Positions 32,282-41,107 of a DNA stretch of 64,000 nt are shown in pieces. Position 1 is the first letter of the stretch. Every line of letters begins with the position of its first letter. This stretch comes from a virus, in IMG/VR virus record IMGVR_UViG_3300045970_000382, positions 92,224-156,223 of that record. One strand, 5' to 3'. The notes under the pieces are model-generated. The model saw nothing but the letters and a program-made list of their open reading frames with translations. It ran no database searches and had not been told where the DNA came from. A program made the translations under genes and the position numbers.

Positions 32282-32380
32282 TGTGTTTTAAGCACTGTTT
32301 TATTAACTTATGTCAGTATATCAAGCCAGTTGCTTTCTAAGCTTAAACAGCGTTTTTGGCGGCTATTTTAACAGGGTTTT
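32282..32380. repeat. ~100-bp phased T-tract element, copy C
   Basis: Aligns with copy B. Confidence 0.6.
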
Positions 32381-33113
32381 AGTCGTTTGGTTCGACCACA
32401 TAATTTATTAAAGCTAAATACACTTTTAGATCTAACTGATCTTTATAAAAGTTTGCTAATCTTCTAATTTCAGCTTCTTTAGATACTTTATAAGCTAGAT
32501 ATGCTTCTTGTTCTGTTTTGTAATAACCAAGATATTTATTTTTTCCTTTAATACTACATCGAGCTTGATATGGATTTGGTTTACCTTCATAATAAGTAAC
32601 TCCAATACAACATTCACCTCTATTAGCATCACGTTTTATTAAAAGTTTATTTATTTCTTGTGGAAGTAAACAACATGTTTCTGGTGAATATATCTCATTA
32701 TGTTTAAAAAGTATATCTTTATCTAGTTGCCAATCTAAATCTGATCCAAACATTTGTAAATAATCATGAGCAAAGTTTTGAAAATTCCACCATCTTTCAC
32801 AAACAGCACAACCAATATAAGAAGGTTGTTTTAATTGAGTATCTTCGTTATAACATCTTCCTAGCATAGACTTCCAACACTTATAAATTCTTAAATGTGT
32901 TTTAGGAAAATAAATTCCAATTCCAATAAAACCTATATTACAAACACTAGGATGATTTGGATTTTTAACTAGACCATTTCTTAATTGGCTTGCTTGACAA
33001 GTTGTTTCAGTCCCATCATCAAATCTGACTCTTACATCATTACAATCTATATACTTTATAACAATACAAGAACCAGAACTATTCGTTTCAAATCTGTCAC
33101 CTACCTTAATCAT
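32379..33113 (-). CDS. HNH-like/AP2 homing endonuclease, family copy 6
   Basis: Same motifs as copy 1. Confidence 0.8.
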   Translation of the reverse strand: MIKVGDRFETNSSGSCIVIKYIDCNDVRVRFDDGTETTCQASQLRNGLVKNPNHPSVCNIGFIGIGIYFPKTHLRIYKCWKSMLGRCYNEDTQLKQPSYIGCAVCERWWNFQNFAHDYLQMFGSDLDWQLDKDILFKHNEIYSPETCCLLPQEINKLLIKRDANRGECCIGVTYYEGKPNPYQARCSIKGKNKYLGYYKTEQEAYLAYKVSKEAEIRRLANFYKDQLDLKVYLALINYVVEPND

Positions 33114-33380
33114 TTTTTACCTATAAAACCTGAACAATGTTAAAATGAAAGCTTATTGTTTCTACAATAAACATTCTATGATTCATGAAAAGTTTAGTCT
33201 TAGGATCCCAAACAGAAGTCAAATTAAGAGTATCAGTTTTATTCTTTATATCACGAAGTATCTCATGGTAAGATACTTTATCAATGTATATGTAGAATTT
33301 TATATCTGTTTGGTTTGGATTGTTTTTTAATACTCTAGCTGTATCAGCACAAATCCTATTATAAAGATCATAAAATGTTA

Positions 33381-35009
33381 TCATAATAGTGAGAAAGAAG
33401 ATATTACAGCTGGAGTATTACTATCAAAACCAACAACATCTAACATATTGCTATCTAATGGGTCTGCTATTGTAAATCCATTTGATTCCATAGCAGTAAC
33501 AATTAATTTAGCATTAGGTTTATTCATAATTGTGCGGTATTTCTTAAGTAGCGTACTAGGATGTGATCCCTGATTTACTTCATTATCAGTATAACAAACA
33601 AATACATCCACATCCAGTTTATTGTCTATAGCGTATTCAAACATCAACCCTATATTGGTAGATCCAAAACTGGTATTATTTAATACATCAGTAACTTCTT
33701 TAAGACTCATAGTCTCATTTATAGCTAAAGGTTGTATCACGTTATGAAATCCAAGAATATAACATTTAGGTTCTGCTTTAATGGTAGTCATGGCAAGAAC
33801 AGCAGAAGCAACTCTTGGAGTAAATCCTGGAATACCACCAATATTGTTCCATGACATGGATGCCGACACATCTATACATAGTAAGTATTTTTTATTTGTG
33901 GGTTTAATATTTTCAAAGGCCATATAAAATGCTTTTTCAAGAGCAGTAACAATTCTATTTTCAGGATTCCAAATTAAGTTACCTTTTAAACCTCTACCTG
34001 ATTTATAGATATGGTAAGCCATTAAAATTTGTATAGGATGTTGACGAGAACGTTTAAGTTCTTCTTCATTGGTAATTCTACCAATAATATAATCCACATT
34101 ATCAGATAAAGGTTTTATATAACCATTAGCAGTAAGAACACCTAAATTACGCATCATGGCATCATACGGACTGTTTTTGATTAAAGAAGCCCAAATTTCT
34201 GGAATCTTCAACCAATCAGTAGGAATCATCTCCCTAGTTAAACCATAGCAATCAATAGCTTCTTTCTTTTCAGAAATAGTTGTTAGATGGTCATACTGAA
34301 ACGCTAGTTCATGTCCCACTAATATTCGTAATTCTTTATTAGCGCAATTTAGTTGGAAAGGTTTTTTAACAGCCCATGCAAAAAGGGTATTAATATCTTT
34401 GTTATCAGTCTTTGGTTTACAAAGACGAAGTACGTCTCGATGTGACCAACCATTTCTTGATTGGTATTTAACCAGTTGATAGGCTAATTTTGAAACATCT
34501 AAATCCAAATACCAGTTTTTAAGAGCATCAGAAAATAGTCTACCCCGACCACGGAAGTATTTAGAGTATTCAACAAAAGCAAACAAATGAGTTCCAATTC
34601 TACAAACCTCATTTAGTTTAGATAGTGCATATTTTCTTGTTTCTTTATTATCAACACTACCAGCATAAGCAAGAGCAAATATACAAGTTTCGTTTTTAAG
34701 ACAACGTCCTTCAGTTGAAATGTTGACAATAAGATCAATAGTTTCAATAGGATGTTTGAAGAGAGCTTTGTCTAAATCACTTACATTGTCTTTTGTAAGC
34801 TTTTTTTCTTTGACATAGTAGGTTCCGCCAGTTGTACCAAGAATAAGAAACCGTTCTACTTGTTTAAGTAATGGAGTTTCAAATATAAACCCACTTGTGT
34901 TATTTTCTACCATATCTGTACGACCAGCAATAGGTCTATCTACAGGTTGGTCGCCAACTATTTTTTTATGGGGGACGTGCTGCTCAAATTTGAAGGCCAT
35001 AATTTTCAT
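33381..35009 (-). CDS. rsr: Ro60/TROVE ribonucleoprotein (Rsr ortholog)
   Basis: RFLILGT.GGTYY, RIGTHLF, KYQSRNGWSHRDVLRL, AMMRNLG, HP; vWA MIDAS DVSASM and TDNE; DVVGFDS. Confidence 0.95.
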   Translation of the reverse strand: MKIMAFKFEQHVPHKKIVGDQPVDRPIAGRTDMVENNTSGFIFETPLLKQVERFLILGTTGGTYYVKEKKLTKDNVSDLDKALFKHPIETIDLIVNISTEGRCLKNETCIFALAYAGSVDNKETRKYALSKLNEVCRIGTHLFAFVEYSKYFRGRGRLFSDALKNWYLDLDVSKLAYQLVKYQSRNGWSHRDVLRLCKPKTDNKDINTLFAWAVKKPFQLNCANKELRILVGHELAFQYDHLTTISEKKEAIDCYGLTREMIPTDWLKIPEIWASLIKNSPYDAMMRNLGVLTANGYIKPLSDNVDYIIGRITNEEELKRSRQHPIQILMAYHIYKSGRGLKGNLIWNPENRIVTALEKAFYMAFENIKPTNKKYLLCIDVSASMSWNNIGGIPGFTPRVASAVLAMTTIKAEPKCYILGFHNVIQPLAINETMSLKEVTDVLNNTSFGSTNIGLMFEYAIDNKLDVDVFVCYTDNEVNQGSHPSTLLKKYRTIMNKPNAKLIVTAMESNGFTIADPLDSNMLDVVGFDSNTPAVISSFSLL

Positions 35010-35029
35010 TCCTTAATAGGATAAGATAA

Positions 35030-35284
35030 AAAGACCGTCCTTCCTACATTCCCATAGTTCACGGATCGGACTTATTTACTTAAGGTAATATTTTTTCCTT
35101 TGTAAGGTTTAAAGAATATGATACCTTCTCAGCCAGTCATGCCCGTCTACTCACACTTCAGTAGCAGAACACTGTTAGTAGAGCATATACCTCACCTTGA
35201 CAGTAACAAGGGCTACATTTGTTTTGCTGTAGCTTACATAGGTTTCTAAACCATTAGCCGTCTAACGCTCAGGCAGCGGGAATA
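35030..35284 (-). ncRNA. Candidate ~250-nt multibranch structured RNA / Ro60 leader
   Basis: At least 6 hairpins (GCUACA/UGUAGC, CCUUG/CAAGG, UCUACU/AGUAGA, AAGGU/ACCUU) and a closing CUAUUCCC/GGGAAUGUAG helix. Confidence 0.5.
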
Positions 35285-35287
35285 GGG

Positions 35288-35381
35288 TGTTGCTGTTCCG
35301 AATCGAACGGAATAAGCAAAATATAAAAGGAAAGGTGGCAACCTGCCATATTTAAACTTTAGAGTCATTACTCACAGCAAC
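35288..35381 (-). ncRNA. tRNA-like RNA with enlarged non-canonical anticodon arm
   Basis: Acceptor GUUGCUG/CAGCAAC, D arm GAGU/ACUC, T arm UUCCG-UUCGAUU-CGGAA; ~50-nt central arm; followed by ACCC, not CCA. Confidence 0.7.
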
Positions 35382-35384
35382 AAA

Positions 35385-35452
35385 AGAGCAAGTTAAATAA
35401 GATTCGGAGGAGTCATTTTCAAAGAAGTGATAACCAAATCTAATTCAGCTCT
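35385..35452 (-). ncRNA. Y RNA-like hairpin (Y-c)
   Basis: AGAGCUGA...GGUUAUC...CUUGCUCU Ro-binding bulged helix. Confidence 0.8.
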
Positions 35453-35603
35453 AATCCAGTAACAGTTTAGAGTCAATACTGGGAGACTTAAAGTTGCCGT
35501 GTATTTGTCCACACACGGCGTGTGTTCAGGCCAGGTATTTATTTGCGTGAGTTATCGGCACTGACGGTTTCCATCTCACATCCACCAACCACGGAGGATT
35601 TAA

Positions 35604-35669
35604 TTAGAGCAAGTTATTCAAAACTTGGAAGGATCATTATGAGGGATAACCAAGTCTTTTCAGCTCTAA
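35604..35669 (-). ncRNA. Y RNA-like hairpin (Y-b)
   Basis: UUAGAGCUGA-AAAGACUUGG-UUAUC...CCAAGUUUU...CUUGCUCUAA. Confidence 0.82.
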
Positions 35670-35676
35670 ATTGAGC

Positions 35677-35801
35677 GGTTACTGGTGGGACTCGAACCTA
35701 CGACAAACTGTGTTTTGATAATCTAATATCATCAGTTCAAAAGAACAAGATTGAATATTAGTATTTTATGACGGCTGTTCTACCGCTGAACTACAGTAAC
35801 C
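35677..35801 (-). ncRNA. tRNA-His-derived Y RNA (YrlA-like, circularly permuted)
   Basis: 8-bp acceptor GGUUACUG/CAGUAACC, canonical D and T arms; CUUGUUC-UUUU-GAACUGA...AUUAUC in place of the anticodon loop. Confidence 0.8.
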
Positions 35802-35896
35802 ATGTTCTTTTAAATAATTTACTATGGCTTATTAATTAATTATTTATTTAAAAATTAGAACTGTTTTGATTCTTTTAAGCAAAGAACAAAGACAGC

Positions 35897-35962
35897 AAAC
35901 AAGAAGCTTGAATCACAGGGAAAAACGGTGAGAAATAACCTGTGATTACTTTATTTCAGTTT
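35897..35962 (-). ncRNA. Y RNA-like hairpin (Y-a)
   Basis: AAACUGA...AAUCACAGG-UUAUU...CCUGUGAUU...CUUGUUU. Confidence 0.7.
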
Positions 35963-35987
35963 CAATCCGCAGCCACACAAGGCTGAC
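35959..35987 (-). CRISPR. Degenerate solitary CRISPR-repeat-like unit (not an array)
   Basis: GTCAGCCTTGTGTGGCTGCGGATTGAAAC: hairpin plus a 3' 12-mer identical to that of the repeat at 49398. Confidence 0.55.
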
Positions 35988-36015
35988 TTGGTACTGTTTT
36001 TCAGCACCAAAACAT

Positions 36016-36044
36016 ATTATATATTAAGTGAATTGATAAAACAA
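36016..36044 (-). promoter_or_regulatory. Promoter for the Y RNA-Ro60 operon
   Basis: TTGTTT-N17-TATAAT. Confidence 0.6.
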
Positions 36045-36064
36045 GATGCTATTTAAATTATTAA

Positions 36065-36093
36065 GTAGACCATCCAATAATTGGATGGTCTAC
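36065..36093. terminator. 13-bp perfect hairpin insulating the Ro operon from upstream genes
   Basis: GTAGACCATCCAA-TAA-TTGGATGGTCTAC. Confidence 0.6.
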
Positions 36094-36116
36094 AATAAAG
36101 TCTGGATTGCTGAAGT

Positions 36117-36557
36117 TTAAATCGGAGCAGATTCATTTAAGGTTGCGGAAACAGCTAAAGAAACAGCTTGACCTGCAATAACTTGAACTTCAAGTAAGCC
36201 TGCAAGTAGAGCTTCGCCTCCGCCAATAAGGGAATCGGCAATAACGTTGATAGTGGCAGAACCTATGCCTACTGGAGTGATTAAGCCTGATGCATCAACG
36301 GTAACAACAGCTTCATCTGTACTTGAGAAGCTAACATTTTCAACTGAAGCTGGATGGCCGTGGGCATCTACTGAACTTATAAAAATTGTAGCGGTTCTAT
36401 CATCTGGAAGTAATAGTGACATAAAATTAATACCTTTAAAAGTTGCCCCCAAATAATTTATTGAAAGAATAAGCCGGGGGTGTAACTTTTTCTTTCTCTT
36501 TTTTTTACAACAAACTTGATCTTCAATAAAAATCAGGATCGGTTTAAGTATTTTCAT
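36117..36557 (-). CDS. Ig-like (Big_2) domain protein
   Basis: FSSTDEAVVTVDASGLITPVGIGSATI; true start may be internal (MSLLLPDD). Confidence 0.7.
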   Translation of the reverse strand: MKILKPILIFIEDQVCCKKKRKKKLHPRLILSINYLGATFKGINFMSLLLPDDRTATIFISSVDAHGHPASVENVSFSSTDEAVVTVDASGLITPVGIGSATINVIADSLIGGGEALLAGLLEVQVIAGQAVSLAVSATLNESAPI

Positions 36558-37270
36558 TTTTATTCCTTTTATTCTCTAACGAGGATAGATTTATTTTTTG
36601 GTCTCCATCAAAAAAATGATCTAGACCTAAACGTTTACAATGAATCAGTGCATAAGAATATAAGCTATTAGAAGATAGTGGACTATTAGCTACAATCTTT
36701 GAGCTAGAATTAATTTCGTTTTTTGGAGCTAACAAATTAAAGACTATTACATCTCTTTTTTTGCTTTTACGGATTTCTTTAACTATTCTAACTTCTAACA
36801 TCTTTCTGAATTAAAAATTGAATATGAATATGAATATAAATTTAGCATAAAAATAGTGTCTGTACAATGATTCTTTAATATTATTTTTATAAAGATTTTT
36901 TGACTTTCTAATTGAGATATGGTCTAATCTCTTTTTATAATAAACTGGATTTAAAAAGAAAATGAATCTACTTGATTTTAATACTTTTTCAATAGATAAG
37001 TTCACGGATACTGACTGGCAGTTATGTACTGATATTGATGGATTTATTGATTTAGAATGTTTTTTAATACTGGTGAATAAGAAACTTAATATCCAGTTAA
37101 CTGATAGTAATGCTTTTCAAAAATCTATTTTAATTATTTTACAATTAGAACGATTATTGGGTCCTTTTTCTAAAGATCAAGCAATTGCTGTAGCAATCCA
37201 CTATTGTTTGTCCAAATAGCTTTATATGCTATTATAAAAAATATTAATCTTTATTTAGAGGAAAATTGTT

Positions 37271-38170
37271 ATGTCTACGAAAATAATTTTAACATTTAAA
37301 TCACCTGATGCTGATACGTTTCTTGTAAATACAAGAATTAAGTTGAGAGATCAAATGCATGGTTTACGAGGTATCAGTTATACTGATAATTCAGGTCAGG
37401 TTTCTTTTAACATGCCACCTACTATCATTACAGATATTAATGACAGAGCTATTGATTATCGTCATGGTATGTCTTGCTTTGTTGAAGGTATTGGTGAAGT
37501 GGGAAATTTCAATGTTCCCTATTCTGGAACTATAATGGGAGATATTGTTTTTAACGGCAGACCTTCTGAAATGGCCTATTCAGCCGTTTTTAACTGTATT
37601 CCTGGGGGAACTGTCACTATTACGGGTACAGCAACTTCGGGTCAAGTTTTAACTGCACATAATACTCTTACAGATGCTGATGGTATTCCTGTAACTGTTG
37701 AAAGTGTACCTATTTTTGGGTATAATTGGAAAGCTAATGGAACTAATATTGTGGGTGCTACTTCTGACACGTATACTCTTACTGATACTGAAATAGGTAA
37801 AACTATTACAGTAACTATCAGTTATACTGATAATAAGGGTAATTCCGAAGTTGTTTCTTCTTTACCTACAATAGCTGTTACTAGAATTCCAAATGTAGGC
37901 CCGACAGGTAGTGTTACTATTACAGGTACTGCTCAAGTTAGTCAAGTTTTGACTGCTCTAAATACTCTAGCTGATGCTGATGGACTTGGAACTTTAAATT
38001 ACCAATGGAGTGCTGACGACCATGCTATAACTGGGGCAACAACTAATACATATACAGTATTGGTTGGAGACCTAGGTAAATTTATTACTGTAACAATCAG
38101 CTATACAGATCTTAAAGGTACTTTTGAATCTGTTTCATCTGCACATACAGCCCATGTTATTGCTGCTTAA
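37271..38170 (+). CDS. Virion-surface-like protein with two Ig-like repeats
   Basis: Two GTVTITGTA...LTA.NTL.DADG...Y.W.A...GAT..TYT...G..ITVTISYTD repeats. Confidence 0.7.
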   Translation: MSTKIILTFKSPDADTFLVNTRIKLRDQMHGLRGISYTDNSGQVSFNMPPTIITDINDRAIDYRHGMSCFVEGIGEVGNFNVPYSGTIMGDIVFNGRPSEMAYSAVFNCIPGGTVTITGTATSGQVLTAHNTLTDADGIPVTVESVPIFGYNWKANGTNIVGATSDTYTLTDTEIGKTITVTISYTDNKGNSEVVSSLPTIAVTRIPNVGPTGSVTITGTAQVSQVLTALNTLADADGLGTLNYQWSADDHAITGATTNTYTVLVGDLGKFITVTISYTDLKGTFESVSSAHTAHVIAA

Positions 38171-38197
38171 TTTTTACTTCAACTTTGAGAACTTATT

Positions 38198-38530
38198 ATG
38201 TCTACTAAAATTGTTTTAAATATCCATTCCCCTGACGCTAATACGCATAAGGTAGATGCCTTGGTAAAGCTTCGAGATTCTTTAGGAGCTATTCATGGCA
38301 TTTCTTATACAGATACAGCAGGTGTTGCTACTTTTAATATGCCAGGTGGAAGCACAACTGACATTAGAGGAAATGTTATTGATTTAAAGAAGCACATGTG
38401 GGCTACAATTGACGGTCTAGGTCAAATTCCTAATTTCGATGTAGCAGACTCCGGCACAACAACAGGTGTTGTTGTCTTTGACTCCAGAGTGAATCAGATG
38501 GCCGCTAGTGCAACCTTTGTTGATAGCTAG
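38198..38530 (+). CDS. Paralog of the N-terminal domain of 37271-38170
   Basis: Shared MSTKI..SPDA..KLRD..GISYTD..FNMP..SGT. Confidence 0.75.
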   Translation: MSTKIVLNIHSPDANTHKVDALVKLRDSLGAIHGISYTDTAGVATFNMPGGSTTDIRGNVIDLKKHMWATIDGLGQIPNFDVADSGTTTGVVVFDSRVNQMAASATFVDS

Positions 38531-38533
38531 AAG

Positions 38534-39268
38534 CTAATCATCAAAATCTACCTTGTAATCAACAAGAGCTTGGTACACCCGTGGATCAAGCTCTTCTTTA
38601 TATAAATTTGCCAATCTTTTAATTTCAGCTTCTTTAGCAGGTTTATATACTAGATATGCTTCTTGTTCTGTTTTGAAACTACCAAGATGTTTTGTTTTTC
38701 CTTCAATATTACAACGGGCTTGGTATGGTTTTGTTCTACCTTCACGGTACGTAACTCCAATACGAAGTTCACCTCTGCTAGCATCACTTTTTGTTAAAAG
38801 ATAATTTATTTTAGATGGAACCAAACAACATGTTTCTCTTGAATATATCTTATTTCTTTTAAATAATATATCTTTGTCTAAATGCCAATCCAAATCTGAA
38901 CCCACCATTAGTAAATAATCATGAGCGAAGTTTTGAAAACTATGCCATCTAATATCTACAGTACATCCAATATAAGTAGGATATTTTCTCTGAATATCTT
39001 CGTTATAACATCTTTGTAGCATACAAATCCAAACCATATAAATCCTTTTATGTGATGTATAAGAATAAATTCCAATTCCAATAAAACCAACACCACTAAA
39101 TTTAAGACTTGGATATTTAACATTTCCATTTCTTAAATTTTGGGCTGTACAAATTTTTTCAGCTCCATCTTCAAATCTAATTCTTACATTATTACAATCT
39201 ATATACTCTATTACAACACAAGAACCATAATTATTTGTTTCAAATCTATCACCAACTTTTATTTGCAT
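38534..39268 (-). CDS. HNH-like/AP2 homing endonuclease, family copy 7
   Basis: Same motifs as copy 1. Confidence 0.8.
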   Translation of the reverse strand: MQIKVGDRFETNNYGSCVVIEYIDCNNVRIRFEDGAEKICTAQNLRNGNVKYPSLKFSGVGFIGIGIYSYTSHKRIYMVWICMLQRCYNEDIQRKYPTYIGCTVDIRWHSFQNFAHDYLLMVGSDLDWHLDKDILFKRNKIYSRETCCLVPSKINYLLTKSDASRGELRIGVTYREGRTKPYQARCNIEGKTKHLGSFKTEQEAYLVYKPAKEAEIKRLANLYKEELDPRVYQALVDYKVDFDD

Positions 39269-39291
39269 TCGTCGATACCTATTTATTATAA

Positions 39292-39392
39292 TTGCGTTTA
39301 AACCGCGAAAATTTTATCAGCAATACACTGACACTAGTTTATTTGAAAACGAGCCACTAGCACGGGATTTGGCGGCTTAAATAGCAGGTTTT
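39292..39392. repeat. ~100-bp phased T-tract element, copy D
   Basis: TTTAAACCGCG...ATTTGGCGGCTTAAAT aligns with the element at 58657. Confidence 0.5.
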
Positions 39393-40221
39393 AAGCTGTA
39401 CCATTAATGTTATTTTCGGTAAAAATACTAATACAAGGATCGTTTTCATGAATAGCTATCAGATTAATTCCTCTTTGCTCAATTTTATAGTCTAAATTAC
39501 TTAAAAATAATTTTAATTCATCTAAATCTGATTTGATCCATTCTATAATCAGAATAGGTTTGAATTTTTTTATGATCTCAATTCCGCTTCTTAAAGCGTC
39601 AATCTCCATACCTTCAATATCAAGTTTAATTAGATCTAATCTTTCTAAATTTAATTCTTCAACGAGAAAATGATCTAATGCTATGACACGTATTTTTTGT
39701 GAGTCTTTTCCATCTTCAATTGTATCTAGTAGGCTTAGATCTCCAAAGTTACAAGGTTGTGTATAATCAACTCTTCTTTGCACACTAAGAATAGGATATT
39801 CACCTATAGCTAAATTAAAGGCGATAGCATTGAAACAGTTGTTAATGCAAACATTACCCGCTAGTGCATAAAAGATCCTTACTTGTGGTTCAAAAGCGAA
39901 GACTTGACCCCAACCTGTCATGTGCTTTGCCCATTCAATTGTATGTGTACCTATATTTGCTCCACCATCAATAACGAATAGTCCACTTCCATAATGTTTT
40001 CTTCTAATATCCAATAATATTTTTACAAAATCAATCTCATTTTGTTCAAATGCCGATTCTTCAAGAATTTGATTACCTACTCCGTATCTATAATCATTAT
40101 TTGATCCGGGTGTGTACCACGGTTTAATATCTTCTGGTTTAGGAACCGAGTAATCATTTCTATTTACAATTAGAGTGCCATGATCTGTTGATGCCAGGAT
40201 AAAGGCAATGGGTCGTTTCAT
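39391..40221 (-). CDS. FkbM-family SAM-dependent methyltransferase
   Basis: IDGGANIG, AFEP and KLDIEGME motifs. Confidence 0.9.
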   Translation of the reverse strand: MKRPIAFILASTDHGTLIVNRNDYSVPKPEDIKPWYTPGSNNDYRYGVGNQILEESAFEQNEIDFVKILLDIRRKHYGSGLFVIDGGANIGTHTIEWAKHMTGWGQVFAFEPQVRIFYALAGNVCINNCFNAIAFNLAIGEYPILSVQRRVDYTQPCNFGDLSLLDTIEDGKDSQKIRVIALDHFLVEELNLERLDLIKLDIEGMEIDALRSGIEIIKKFKPILIIEWIKSDLDELKLFLSNLDYKIEQRGINLIAIHENDPCISIFTENNINGTA

Positions 40222-41107
40222 TTATACCTCCAATAGTGCTGTTTCAATTTCAAGATCCATTAATTTTGTTCTAATTTGTTGTAATGGATATTCAAATTGC
40301 TGATTATAAAAGTCTTTGTCATGTTCTTGAATATAGTGGTATCTATGATAATTTGATGCTGTGCATGTTAATCTGTAACTGACTAAGTTTTTAGATACAT
40401 AATAATTTAATGAGATCCAGCCGTCATAATAGCCATCTTGATTCATGCAGTGGAAGTTTATAGTACAAAGATAGCTGTTTTTTTGTTCTTCTACATACCA
40501 TTGCCCATCAAAGCCGCTGCCATGCAGATATTTTGTTAGCAGATCTTTTAGTTCAGCTTCTTTAATATTAGGTAATGGATTTGTTTTCCAATTAGGTACT
40601 TTCATAATATTCACCGTTTTACAGTTTAGAGTTAAAGCGTTCTTTAATTAATTTGTTATTCTTTTCTATATGATCTTCAAGATTATACAGAGTCATTAAT
40701 TTCTTGACCCAAGCGTATGAAATATCCAATTTTTGGCTAATAAAGTGGGCACCAATCTTCTCCTGTATAACCCATCTATGCATTAAATCTTTTATAGATG
40801 AGCCTAATCGAAGTTCAGCACTTTTTAATCTATCTTTAGATAAAGAGTGCCTTTTTGAGAATAAAGATTTCCAATCAGGTTCTAATTCACTCATAATAAA
40901 TTTGTTAACTGTTTTAATTTCTTTCAACGTAGGTTTTCATCCAATAACTTAAAATATCTCTTCCTTCGTTTTTAGATACACCAAATTCTTCAATTAAATA
41001 GGGTGTAGCAGAAAACATATTGCAATCACCAGATTCACGCAATTCATCTAAATACTCAAGATGTTCGTCTGTTATGTAATCGGGTTTTTCTTTCATAAAT
41101 TTTACCT

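Noticed and set aside
35677-35801. Functional tRNA-Met/His gene (CAU follows the anticodon stem)
   Set aside because: The anticodon loop is replaced by a ~60-nt Y-RNA-like insert, so no 7-nt loop can form; recorded as ncRNA instead
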